Shown here piece after piece: positions 1 through 10,282 of a stretch of 64,000 nucleotides of DNA (the first letter of the stretch is position 1; the number at the start of each line of letters is the position of its first letter). The stretch lies in contig CAWIMJ010000050.1 of assembly GCA_963837175.1 (NCBI GenBank), forward strand, positions 32,001-96,000, written 5' to 3'. Below the pieces are notes generated by a model. It did not search any database and was not told where the DNA came from. It saw only the letters and a program-made list of their open reading frames with translations. Source of the stretch: an uncultured Nitrososphaeraceae archaeon (GTDB taxonomy: Archaea > Thermoproteota > Nitrososphaeria > Nitrososphaerales > Nitrososphaeraceae). The translations under genes and the position numbers were made by a program.

Positions 1-426
1 GAGAAGATTAATAACGTGCTTTACACTTACACCTTCTTTCTTTGCTAATCTGATTAACTTTAGAAAATATCCTGTGCCCTCATCTCCTAACTCTTCATAA
101 GCCAAAAAGAATTTATGCAGTCGCTTTAGCTTGCAATATTCTATATACAGCTTATTTACTTCTGGCTCTCTTAAATATAGTGTGACGGCCACTTCCACGG
201 GTGTCCTACCTTTAGAAAATAGTTCGTAGGCTTTGGAAGATATCTCTCCTTGCTGTTGATGATTTTGATATTGTAGTCTTCTGGCTTCTTCTTCCTTTAT
301 AATAGCGTTTATATCACTGGGTGATATTCTTTCTGTTTCTGCAATTTCAGCATAAGTATTGTGCTGGTTAAAATACAGAGCTATTATCCGCTTTTTTCTG
401 TCAACACTTAATTGTATTATTCTCAT
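1..426 (-). CDS. Partial HTH/coiled-coil hypothetical protein (runs off the window start)
   Basis: Hand translation from ATG at 426 is open to base 1: MRIIQLSVDRKKRIIALYFNQHNTYAEIAETERISPSDINAIIKEE...KAYELFSKGRTPVEVAVTLYLRE. Two HTH-like segments. Missing from the ORF track because there is no stop in the window. Confidence 0.75.
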   Translation of the reverse strand, partial: MRIIQLSVDRKKRIIALYFNQHNTYAEIAETERISPSDINAIIKEEEARRLQYQNHQQQGEISSKAYELFSKGRTPVEVAVTLYLREPEVNKLYIEYCKLKRLHKFFLAYEELGDEGTGYFLKLIRLAKKEGVSVKHVINLL

Positions 427-1317
427 ATAATAAAGACCAATTACTTATAAAGGGAACGTTTTTTGTAATACTATTTGCTTTCATTTATATATCCACATAT
501 TTCCTTATTACCATCTACTTTCTTCTTTATAGTAACGCTTAATAATGTACTATAGTTTGAGCATCTTTAAAAATTTATAATTATAGTATTCAAACCTAGG
601 AGGAAGAAAGGAGTAAAAGTAACAATCCTCCTATACAAAAGACAAACCTTGGAGTTTGCAAAGATCGAATACCAACTGAAGAAAATAAGATCAGATCAAA
701 CAACTTCTGACCGATGTTGAAGACACAGGCTGATTCACAGATTCTATCACTAACAAATTCTCCTCCAAAGCAACCAGAGGAAGTGCTTTGACCTCGGCCT
801 CGATGTATCCATATGACAACGATGCCATGGGCGATTTTTCACATAAGCCAGCAGAAGTGTATGTTGAAAAGCCGCCTGCGTGATACTGGAACGCGACAAG
901 CGAGGAGATCAAGCTCATTCTGAGGGATTTATATAACATGAATAACTAGCCCATGACCACCAGAAAGATTCGCGAGATGGCGTACAGCCATCTCATCAAC
1001 GCCGGCTTTCGGGGCTATAATGACTAAACCAACTTATTATCATGTTTGTTAAGATACAAACGTAAGCGAGTACACTAATAGCAGTAACAAGAATTAAAAA
1101 AGAAGATTGATTTGATTATTATTATACTAAAGACATTTTCTTCTTTTTATAGGAAGGTATCTTCCAACAAATGGACTTTTATATCTCATTGTTTTAGAAA
1201 AAAATTGAAGGACAGCTGTCATCAACAGAAGCACAATTTTCTGATTTCAAGGCAGATATAAACCCACGATCTTGGCTCTTACAATATCGCCGTAATTCAA
1301 TTGGTTACATTATAAAA

Positions 1318-1845
1318 ATGCTTTTGTTCTATCATGGAATTGGCTTTATTCTTATGCTAATAGGAACATCTGTCGTCGAAAAAGTATTTTTGGATTATGA
1401 AGAACCTACACGTCCCCTATATCTTAGTTTAGTGTTATCCGCTGGACCCATTGAGGAAACTATTTTTTTTGGTATTCCTTTTTATGTCTTTGCCAATAAT
1501 TTAGTGGTTTTGGCAGGCGGTATTATATGGGCAATGTTACATATTCTGAATACTAATACGTTTGAAATGAGTGCCCTTGCTTATGCAAACTGGTTATTCG
1601 TTATACCTTCTCTTTTTTTCAGTCTCAGAACTTGGATCAGCGGAAAAGGTTGGTTTGCAGTACTTACTCATTCTATATGGAACGGAATTTTTTTTGCTCT
1701 AAGTTGTATCTCTGGGCAAACATTTTGTATAATCAGTTGGTCTCCGGCAGATTCTCCCGGAATTATAAATAGTATATTTGTCTCTGGAGGATTGCTCTGT
1801 TTAACCTATTTGTTATATAGAAGAAAACAAAATAAAGAAAAATAA
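1318..1845 (+). CDS. CPBP/Abi (CAAX-type) intramembrane glutamic endopeptidase
   Basis: Several TM segments. GPIEETIFF (EExxF), WAMLH and THSIWN (HxxxN) motifs. Confidence 0.8.
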   Translation: MLLFYHGIGFILMLIGTSVVEKVFLDYEEPTRPLYLSLVLSAGPIEETIFFGIPFYVFANNLVVLAGGIIWAMLHILNTNTFEMSALAYANWLFVIPSLFFSLRTWISGKGWFAVLTHSIWNGIFFALSCISGQTFCIISWSPADSPGIINSIFVSGGLLCLTYLLYRRKQNKEK

Positions 1846-2949
1846 TATCTTTCTCTCTCCAACTTTTTCCAATTTTTATCCTGAACCTAAAAGGGTATCA
1901 ATGAAATATGAATTTTAACAGTTTGGGAACACAGATTTATCATTATATAAAATGATATTACTATTACTCTACAACATTTGATACATTTTCGAGAAATTCA
2001 TGATCAACAAACATCAAACGGACGCTAATGCATGTTATTAATGCTTTATTCTTTATTCATCGAATAATTTTATATTACATACCTAATACACAAGAGATAA
2101 TCTATAGTTAAAGCGTATATGCATGCTAAGTTAATTATTCGACATACAATATATTTTCTAGTAATGCATTGTCTACCCTAAAGTTATTTCAAGAGTATGT
2201 TGCCAAATACTTCGCATTTACTAATGCAAATACGTGTTAGCATTTGACTTGGACACTGACACTGACTTAAAGAATACCTTTCAAAAAGGCAGCGAAAAAA
2301 ATGAATATTAATATCTTTTACAATTTAAGCAATACGTAGTATTGAATGCATAAGAGTTAGAAAAGAAAAGTGAGAGTAAATTTATAGAATATCAATACTG
2401 CACAAGACACTTTATTATTGCTTGCGTTATTGGCCATCATCTCTTGTGTACATTTCAAAGCTAACTCAGAATTGAATGAATATTCAAATTGGATTAAAAC
2501 AGCAACCGTCAAAACACGAATATAATAATATTGGTCCTGATTCTTGTTATATGAGTTTCCATTAATTTTATACTTTCGTGCTATATATTTACGTTTTTGG
2601 GGAAGTTTTTCATTATCTTTGCTCTTAAGATCTTTAAATCTGGATTTTGATCGTGATCTTCCAACAGACTTAACTTTTTTATCTTATTTTTTTCTCTCAA
2701 GGTTGTAAAAATATACACCGTTTCTTCGAATACATCTTTATAACACTAGCTTAATTTTTATGGATTAATTAATAAAAAATAACGTGTATACGCCTTTTTA
2801 CAGCTAGACTATATTATTAATATGGAGACAAGTGATGGTATAAAAAAATGATTATTATTTGTAAAAGGATCAACGAGAATTTAATGAAAAGAGCGCAGAG
2901 AAATAAAAATACTAGACAACTTTCGCAACCAAGTAGGAATGCTGCCATA

Positions 2950-3117
2950 ATGTTCACTTATTATGTCATACTAAAAGAATGCGGTCATAGATCATATAAT
3001 ATAAAAAATGATAACATTGAGGACAAAATCATACACCATTGCTATTGTGACCAATGTCAACAAGTTAGAACAATAAAGACTTTAGGCTTCATTCTAGAGA
3101 ATAACATGTCACATTAA
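2950..3117 (+). CDS. Small putative zinc-binding protein (55 aa)
   Basis: From the in-frame ATG at 2950: LKECGH...CYCDQC, a Cys/His pattern. Confidence 0.4.
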   Translation: MFTYYVILKECGHRSYNIKNDNIEDKIIHHCYCDQCQQVRTIKTLGFILENNMSH

Positions 3118-3500
3118 CTACCTTAAATTTATTCGTCTAAACCATTAGAATGGATTTTTGAGGAAATAACATTTCATTCAAGACAACAAAAACAAATGCA
3201 AGTTTTGTTATGTAAGGTTAAGTAATGATTGCTTATTTTTTTATATTCACAAATTCTTCAACTTTTTTGCCTTTTAATCTATATTGAATTTGTAAATGAA
3301 GTTGTGAGTACCATATATCATCGTTAAAAACGCACTATTATTACAAATATTTAAACGTCACCAAAATTTCTTAAATGCCCCTGTCTTATCGATATTTACT
3401 AAACACTAAACACTAAACAATATAAGTGTCTACCACAAGTTCTAATTCGCTGGGCTTTTCCAATACATAATATAAATAGCATCATTACTAACTTTCTATA

Positions 3501-5612
3501 ATGCAAGAGCATGGCAATCGTGGTAAGGTTGAATCTAAGACAAACAGGCTTAAGAATGAAAGTAGCCCGTATCTATTGCAACATGCTAATAATCCTGTTG
3601 ACTGGTATGCATGGGGGGAAGAGCCTTTTCAAAGAGCGAAGAAAGAAGACAAACCTATATTTCTTAGCATAGGATATAGTGCATGTCACTGGTGTCATGT
3701 GATGGCCCATGAATCCTTTGAAGACGATGAAATAGCGAAAATAATGAATGAAAATTTTATTAATATAAAAGTAGATAGAGAGGAAAGACCAGATATAGAT
3801 GATATATATCAAAAAGTTAGCCAAATTGCAGTAGGAACAGGCGGCTGGCCACTATCTATATTCTTGACACCCGACCAAAAGCCTTTCTATGTGGGGACAT
3901 ATTTTCCAAAATATAGCAGGTATGGTATGCCTGGTTTTGATACGATATTAAATCAGCTAGCCGAAGCATATAAATCGAAAAAACAGGAAATCCATACTAC
4001 AACTTCTGAATTTATGCATGCCTTATCACATAGCGCAAAAGATGTAGAGGAAAAAGAAGAAAATATCGAGCGATCAATATTAGATGAGGCAGCCATAGGT
4101 TTGTTGCAGATGGGAGACCCTATATATGGTGGGTTCGGCCAAGCACCAAAATTTCCAAATGCATCTAATCTTCTCTTTCTTCTTCATTACTATGATATTT
4201 CAGGAATAAGCCGATTCAAAGATTTTGTCATGTTTTCTGCAGATAAGATGGCCGCTGGTGGTATTCACGATCATCTTGGTGGAGGATTCGCTAGGTATTC
4301 AACTGATCAAAAGTGGCTTGTTCCTCATTTTGAAAAGATGCTTTATGATAATGCTTTATTGACGCAGCTCTATGCAGAACTCTATCAAGTCAGCGGTAAT
4401 ATAAAATACTTGAAAATAGTAGAAAAAATTTTGGAATATGTGATTGCAGAAATGACCTCTTCTGAAGGTGGGTTTTACTCCGCTCAAGATGCAGATTCTG
4501 AGGGCGAAGAAGGTAAATTTTATGTCTGGTCGAAAATGGAAATTGACAGCGTATTAGAAGATACGATTATTTCTGAAATCTTTTGTGAATATTATGGAAT
4601 TACAGAGGCTGGTAATTTCGAAGGGAAAAACATACTCAATATTAGAACCTCGTTAGACTCTTTGGGACAAAAATATCATATGACAACTGAGGCAATAGAA
4701 GGAATCCTCAGTGATGCCTCAAAGAAACTTTTTGAAGTTAGAAGTAAAAGAGTAAGGCCAGGGCAAGATGATAAGATACTGACTTCTTGGAATGGACTTA
4801 TGATATCAGCTTTTGCCAAAGGCTATAAGATTACTGGAAATAAAAGATATCTTGATGCTGCAATTAATGCAGTAAACTTCATTGAGTCTAAAATTGCAAA
4901 AAATGATGGTAGATTGCAAAGAACATTTAAGGATGGAATTTCAAAATTAAATGCATATCTTGATGATTATGCATTTTACGTCAATGCATTGTTGGATGTA
5001 TTTGAGATCTATTCACAACCGAAATATCTTCAAAAAGCAATGATTTATACCGACTTTATGATCCAGCACTTTTGGGATCCCAACGAAGGCAGCTTTTTCT
5101 TTACTTCAGATGATCATGAGCAGTTGATTGTCAGAACAAAGAGCTTTTACGATCTTGCTATACCAAGCGGTAATTCTATGGCTGCGTCAAACCTCCTTAG
5201 GCTATATCATTTCAATCAAAACAGCAACTACATAGATAAGGCGGAGCATATTATGCGAGCAGGAGCAAAAACTGCAGCAGAAAATCCGTTTGGATTTGGA
5301 CAGCTATTAATAGCAATGTATCTTTATATAAAGAAACCCGTTGAGGTAACTATTATAAGAAAAACTGAAAAGAGAGCGAGTTCTGAGATGGTAAATTGGT
5401 TAAATAAGCAATATATTCCAAATGGTATTATTGCTATCATTGACAACAAATCACAATTACAAGAGCTGCAAAACTATCCATTTTTCAAGGGAAGAAATTT
5501 AGAGCAGGAGAATCAAAAGGAATCTGAGTACGCGTTCGTTTGCAGAAATTTTTCCTGTTCTCTTCCTATACACTCGATACAGGAATTGGAAAGGCATATT
5601 AGAATGCCTTAA
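3501..5612 (+). CDS. Thioredoxin-domain protein, YyaL/SSP411 (DUF255) family
   Basis: [44 protein letters not shown] and [11 protein letters not shown] signatures. Confidence 0.95.
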   Translation: MQEHGNRGKVESKTNRLKNESSPYLLQHANNPVDWYAWGEEPFQRAKKEDKPIFLSIGYSACHWCHVMAHESFEDDEIAKIMNENFINIKVDREERPDIDDIYQKVSQIAVGTGGWPLSIFLTPDQKPFYVGTYFPKYSRYGMPGFDTILNQLAEAYKSKKQEIHTTTSEFMHALSHSAKDVEEKEENIERSILDEAAIGLLQMGDPIYGGFGQAPKFPNASNLLFLLHYYDISGISRFKDFVMFSADKMAAGGIHDHLGGGFARYSTDQKWLVPHFEKMLYDNALLTQLYAELYQVSGNIKYLKIVEKILEYVIAEMTSSEGGFYSAQDADSEGEEGKFYVWSKMEIDSVLEDTIISEIFCEYYGITEAGNFEGKNILNIRTSLDSLGQKYHMTTEAIEGILSDASKKLFEVRSKRVRPGQDDKILTSWNGLMISAFAKGYKITGNKRYLDAAINAVNFIESKIAKNDGRLQRTFKDGISKLNAYLDDYAFYVNALLDVFEIYSQPKYLQKAMIYTDFMIQHFWDPNEGSFFFTSDDHEQLIVRTKSFYDLAIPSGNSMAASNLLRLYHFNQNSNYIDKAEHIMRAGAKTAAENPFGFGQLLIAMYLYIKKPVEVTIIRKTEKRASSEMVNWLNKQYIPNGIIAIIDNKSQLQELQNYPFFKGRNLEQENQKESEYAFVCRNFSCSLPIHSIQELERHIRMP

Positions 5613-5708
5613 TTGCATTCAAATTTGGATTATCATTTGATTTTTTTATTTTTTTATTTATTTATTTATAGGTCCAATTCCCTCAGAGTGGCTAAAGAAC
5701 GATTTTGA

Positions 5709-6260
5709 TTATGTGAATGTACCGTCGGTCTCTAATATTTTTGCATAAACAAGTATTGCTGCAACAGTCTTAGCGTCTTGAAATTCTCCATTGATGCATT
5801 TTTTGATTGCAGAAGTATATCTCATGCGCTTAACTATAATGTTTTCATCGTCATCAAGATCTTGTGGTCTTTTCTTTATCTTTTTCAAATTTGTTGCAAC
5901 AAAAATATGCATTAATTCGGTGTCATATCCAGGTGCTAAGTACCATTTCATTACTGGAGATACCTTACCTGTGTACCCGATTTCTTCTCTCATTTCTCTT
6001 AAAGCTGCCTGCTCTGCTGTTTCATCCCTTTCTATCTTTCCTGCAGGTATTTCTAAAATGTTTTTTCCTACCGCATGTCGATACTGTGTTACAAAAAGTA
6101 TGTCTGTGTTATTAAGAACAGGAATAACCCCTATAGAGGGTAAATGTTCTACTATTTCTTTTTCAATTATCTTTGAATTTAACTTAAACTTGTCTAACCT
6201 GAGTGATATGTTCCCTGAATAAATTTTCTGACTCTTTATTAGTTTGACTTTACTCTTCAT
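5709..6260 (-). CDS. NUDIX hydrolase (ADP-ribose pyrophosphatase-like)
   Basis: Nudix box GKIERDETAEQAALREMREEIGY. QYRHAV and DAKT motifs typical of NudF. Confidence 0.92.
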   Translation of the reverse strand: MKSKVKLIKSQKIYSGNISLRLDKFKLNSKIIEKEIVEHLPSIGVIPVLNNTDILFVTQYRHAVGKNILEIPAGKIERDETAEQAALREMREEIGYTGKVSPVMKWYLAPGYDTELMHIFVATNLKKIKKRPQDLDDDENIIVKRMRYTSAIKKCINGEFQDAKTVAAILVYAKILETDGTFT

Positions 6261-6749
6261 TTATTTTTTCAAATTTTCTTCATTTTTCTGAATGCTTAAA
6301 CTTATCGATAATAATAGTTTCCATATCCCAAAGTTATGAAGAGAGAACTGCGTTGTAATCTTAATTATGCTTATGACATACATTAGGTCTTGACACTTGT
6401 TATGTCATCTGGTAGTTGATTATTCATCAATCTGTTGGTTTAGGTATATCAAACATTGAGAGGTTTCTTACAAGATGTTTTGGAATTCATTTAAAAATAT
6501 GAAAACGTGATATTTAATAATCAGAGAACAATACTTTTAGTTTATGAATCTTTCAACTTTACTGTGACTAAACATCAAGCCGTTTAATTTTCTATTTAGG
6601 CATTATTTTTGAAATATTATATACTTAAATTAAGTATATGAAATTTCTATAATAGTATATGCATTATTTATGTTCTAATATCGGTGAATATATATAAAAC
6701 AGGCTTAAAATTACCAGGATTTATAATATGATATTGCCAAGACTATGCT

Positions 6750-7007
6750 ATGAGGACACAACCTCTTCTTTTCTTTTACAGAAAAAAACATGTTAACGAT
6801 CAGGACTTTACCTTGTTACAATATTTTTGGGCTAATACCGCTTTGGCAATATTAATTACTATGCCTATGGTGGGATTAATGTTATACTTTCATCTCAACT
6901 ATAATAATTTGCTTTCTGGAACGCTCATAGGCTTTTCAATTCATATAATAGTATTAGCATTCTCAAAACGGCTTTCATCAATGTTAATAAACCTTGTTTC
7001 TATCTAA
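6750..7007 (+). CDS. Small membrane protein
   Basis: 85 aa with two hydrophobic helices. TATA-like TTTATAAT just upstream. Confidence 0.55.
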   Translation: MRTQPLLFFYRKKHVNDQDFTLLQYFWANTALAILITMPMVGLMLYFHLNYNNLLSGTLIGFSIHIIVLAFSKRLSSMLINLVSI

Positions 7008-7319
7008 CACTTTTATTTTTATTCTTGTACTAATTTCTATTTTTGGTTCTGTTGAATCATCCGTTGTTTTATTCCGTTGTTGGGATTCAGTTGGTAACTC
7101 CTTATTCTTTGGTGCAGGAACTTTCTTCGGAACTAATATTCTTTTAGAATGTAGGAATAGCTGTTGATACGCTTGATATAATTTCTTTTGCTTCATCAAT
7201 ATTGTGTCTGCATGGAATCCACATTCATAGCAAAGATATGCTTCTAACCTAGGATAATCTTCATTTATTACTTGATACATTCTGATATTACAGAAAGGAC
7301 ATCTAACTCGCACTATCAA
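6984..7319 (-). CDS. Zinc-ribbon passenger protein
   Basis: CPFC...CYECG. Overlaps the upstream ORF stop. Reads through the left IR and stops in host flank. Confidence 0.6.
   Translation of the reverse strand: MIVRVRCPFCNIRMYQVINEDYPRLEAYLCYECGFHADTILMKQKKLYQAYQQLFLHSKRILVPKKVPAPKNKELPTESQQRNKTTDDSTEPKIEISTRIKIKVLDRNKVY
7045..7097. repeat. Left end: terminal IR plus subterminal TC(A/C)GTTG repeats
   Basis: 7072-7097 (TTCCGTTGTTGGGATTCAGTTGGTAA) is the exact reverse complement of 9900-9925. Three TC(A/C)GTTG units are spaced about 14 bp apart. Confidence 0.9.
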
Positions 7320-7716
7320 GTTTCTTTACTACCTCTTTAAGTACTGTCAAAATATCTAGTAAGAGAGTGTTAGTCGAATCTAAACGTGAATGCAATTCTG
7401 AAATTTCCTTTTCTAGTTGTGATTGTGTAATTGTTTCCTCAATTACATCTGTTACCCTCATTCTGGCAAGTCGACTGAATATTCTACTCTCAGTTTCATC
7501 TAATTTGTCATCACGTAACTTACCTGAGACATACTGCTCTATATCAGAAAGCAGATTTGAACGTTCATTTATGGCGAATTCTCCTAAATCTGATTCTAAG
7601 TCAGGTAGTTTTATGAACTTTATTGACCCATCTATTAATCCTCTTACGAATCTTCTAACTTCCTCATGTCTGAACTCGCTCGTAAAGACATCAAGATTAT
7701 CTTCCTCATTTACCAT
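7303..7716 (-). CDS. Hypothetical passenger protein with C-terminal coiled coil
   Basis: Clean ORF (GTG 7725 or ATG 7716) overlapping the RHH stop. Heptad-like C-terminus. Confidence 0.7.
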   Translation of the reverse strand: MVNEEDNLDVFTSEFRHEEVRRFVRGLIDGSIKFIKLPDLESDLGEFAINERSNLLSDIEQYVSGKLRDDKLDETESRIFSRLARMRVTDVIEETITQSQLEKEISELHSRLDSTNTLLLDILTVLKEVVKKLDSAS

Positions 7717-7882
7717 TTCTGTCACTCTTCAGCTTTCTCTCTGATTCTCTTTCTAACCATGCATCTATGGCTTGAATGATTGCATCAGTCAAAGCACCAC
7801 GCCTAGCACCCATACGTCTTCCAACTTCCATACGTAGTTTCTTTTCTTTATCATCAGGTAAGATAACATCTATTCTGCCCAT
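7706..7882 (-). CDS. Ribbon-helix-helix (CopG/Arc-like) regulator, 58 aa
   Basis: Hand translation: MGRIDVILPDDKEKKLRMEVGRRMGARRGALTDAIIQAIDAWLERESERKLKSDRNGK. Alternating beta-strand followed by two helices. Below the ORF-track length cutoff. Confidence 0.8.
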   Translation of the reverse strand: MGRIDVILPDDKEKKLRMEVGRRMGARRGALTDAIIQAIDAWLERESERKLKSDRNGK

Positions 7883-7890
7883 CTTTATCT

Positions 7891-7995
7891 ATGTGTATTA
7901 TACTCTTATGGTATTAATAAACATATACACATAATACACACAACCACAACACTTTAATATGAATGTGTATAATACACATATGTGTATAACACACA
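7891..7995. promoter_or_regulatory. Divergent promoter region with palindromic ATGTGTAT-n-ATACACAT operators
   Basis: Perfect palindrome at 7963-7979, imperfect copies at 7980-7995 and 7891-7907, half-sites at 7924-7940. TATA-like boxes at 7953-7960 (+) and 7911-7921 (-). Confidence 0.65.
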
Positions 7996-9144
7996 GGACA
8001 AAGGGTATTCGGAAGCTTGGATGAAGAGAGGTATGGCTATCCTCGAAAGCAGCAGGATAACTGAACAAGAGGATGGTAGCTTTGCCGTTCCCTCTCAGAC
8101 GAGTACTAAGATAATCTATGAAGTTAAACTTATCGAAGTATATGGGTATGTTCATGTCCTGATTTCGAATATAGAGAGGTAGAATGTTGTAAGCATATTT
8201 ACTCTGTTAGATTCTGGATTGCTACTAATACCTATTTACAGAACAACAATCCCAAACCAAAAGTATTAGCTGATGATTCTATCCCGTGTGACAGATGTGG
8301 TTCTATCAGAGTTATCAAGTTTGGCCTTGATTGTGGTAAGCAAACCTACTACTGTAAAGACTGTCAACACAAGTTTAGACAACCATCATTGCTAAAGAAA
8401 GCAACGTTTAGTCCTGAATTGATAACTCTAACATTAGACCTATACTTTTCGGGATTATCACTTGGGAAAATAGCTAGGAATATTGGAGACCACTTTAACA
8501 TAGACATTAACTTCTCAACCATCTATGATTGGATCCAAAGATATATTCCAATCATATCTGAGTATGTAAACTCACTAACACCACAACTATCTGATACATG
8601 GCATGCTGACGAGATATTTGTAAAGATGCACGGTGGACTGACATACAAAGGCAAGACTAATCTAGCATTTCTATGGAATGTCATGGACAGGGATACAAGA
8701 TTTCTGTTAGCATCCAAAATATCTGAAGCTAGAGATATCAACGGTGCAGTAGCAATATTCAAAGAAGCTATAAAGAATGCTCATGGTAATGAACCTGAGA
8801 AAGTGTTAACAGATTCATGGAGAGCATACAGACAGGGAATAAGCGAGACATTCAAGAACATCAAACCTGAGCATGTAGCCAAATGCGGTATTGGTAAGCC
8901 GCATGCCAATAACAATAGAGTCGAAAGACTGAATGGAACTCTAAGAGAAAGAATCAAGGTGCAGAGAGCATGGAAGAAACACACTTCACCAATAGCAGAA
9001 GGACAGAGAATTCAGTATAATTTTGTCAAGCCTCACATGGCTTTAGAAGATGAGACACCTGCTAACAAAGCTGGAGTAGAAGTTAAAGGAAAGAATAAGT
9101 GGTTAGGCCTACTAAATTTATCTACAAAAAGGAACACAAAATAG
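7982..9144 (+). pseudogene. IS6-like DDE transposase with N-terminal SWIM finger and Zn ribbon, one frameshift near 8137
   Basis: Joining ORFs 7982-8182 and 8389-9144 across a 1-nt shift gives FAVPSQT...WVCSCPDFEYREVECCKH (SWIM), CDRC...CKDC, YFSGLSLGKIAR (HTH), WHADE, LTDSW and NNRVERLNG (DDE). Confidence 0.88.
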
Positions 9145-9314
9145 GCTAATATCCTTTATATATCGATAAAACAATAGAATAGATTGAGGATTGATATGGG
9201 ATCCTCCAAAATCAAAAATAACCCAATGGAAACAAAGCTAGCGGCTTGCAGCTTTGCTCGTGCTGTGTATATTATATAATATAATAATCCCTTCAATCCT
9301 TCTCCAAATGATTG

Positions 9315-9374
9315 CTCGTAGGTAAAAGTCGGGGAGTAAGCGGTGAACCGTCTACTACGGTGGATGGAGTCCTA
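9315..9374 (-). ncRNA. Candidate small structured RNA immediately downstream of the DUF3800-like gene
   Basis: GC-rich patch in AT-rich surroundings. Hairpin ACCGU-AGUAG-ACGGU (9347-9361) whose loop can pair with downstream UUACU (9335-9339). Folded by eye only. Confidence 0.3.
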
Positions 9375-9378
9375 ATTA

Positions 9379-9842
9379 TTATAGAAGACGTAAGCAATTC
9401 ATTTCCTTTGTGATGTTTGGATTATGAGTAATTGTAATCTCGCGATGTCTTGCAGCTTGAGATATCTTATGTGCTTCTCTAACTTCTCTACTATATTTTA
9501 GAGGCAAAAACTGAATTATAGGTTTGGTTCTATCACTGCCTAGATTAAAGACACCAAAGAGGCGCTCCATATATCTTTGAATTTCGTCAGCTCGTCTACC
9601 TTGAAAGTCTTTATCAATCTGAATGATATCATGCGCCTTCAATAAAGTATTGGATGTTTTAAAAATAGAATGGCATAGAGTTTGTCTACCCAATTCCGTG
9701 TGATATTTCTGAACTGATTTTGATAATCCTGATTTATATATACTCCAGTATGTTTTAGTTAGTTTTGTCTTCTTACAGCAACTATCCATACATCGGGGTT
9801 TCTAAGAATCTGGCCGCTGGTATCTATAGCTACTATTGCCAA
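9379..9842 (-). pseudogene. RNase H-fold (DUF3800-like) passenger gene with one stop and one frameshift
   Basis: From TTG 9842: MAIVAIDTSGQILRNPDVWIVAVRRQN*LKHTGVYINQ...WVDKLYAILF, then a shift in the A5 run at 9661-9665 into KTSNTLLKAHDIIQIDKDFQG...SREVREAHKIS. Confidence 0.55.
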
Positions 9843-9899
9843 CCAACTATTTCGGTGAGCTGGTAGAATGTCTCACTAATTAGTGTTTAAATGCACCCC

Positions 9900-9966
9900 T
9901 TACCAACTGAATCCCAACAACGGAAATTCAACAACTGATTTAAACACCTGAAGAGTCAACAGAACC
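9900..9966. repeat. Right end: subterminal repeats plus terminal IR
   Basis: Reverse complement is GGTTCTGTTGACTCTTCAGGTGTTTAAATCAGTTGTTGAATTTCCGTTGTTGGGATTCAGTTGGTAA. Four repeat units, one more than the left end. Confidence 0.9.
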
Positions 9967-10282
9967 CTATTTATTATAGAGATAATAATATTTTATTAAT
10001 AATTACACGATAATACGGATTATTTGAATAATAATTGTAATTAATCTCTACTTATAATGATAGACTTTATTCTTATTGACTCAATATGCGCTATAGCACA
10101 TAGATTTTGAGATTTGCCAAATCTGGAAACTTTGCCTGCAATCAGCTTAAACACCACCAACCCACTTAGAATCCTATATGCCATTAAAGTTTATTGTGAA
10201 ATATGCCGAAATATAAATACTAAAGTTGTGTTTGTATTTCCATCATGGGATACAGTCCCAACTTACAGATAAGAAAAGAACC

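Larger units (their letters stand above)
7045..9966. mobile_element. IS6-related unit transposon with passenger genes (2922 bp)
   Basis: Terminal IRs GGTTCTGTTGAATC (7045) and the reverse complement of GAGTCAACAGAACC (ends 9966), 13/14 match. Flanking 8-mers CTATTTTT and CTATTTAT (7/8, target duplication). Internal DDE transposase. Confidence 0.88.

Noticed and set aside
9379-9789. ORF-track protein starting MDSCCKK
   Set aside because: The N-terminal part is the wrong frame of the disrupted 9379-9842 gene.
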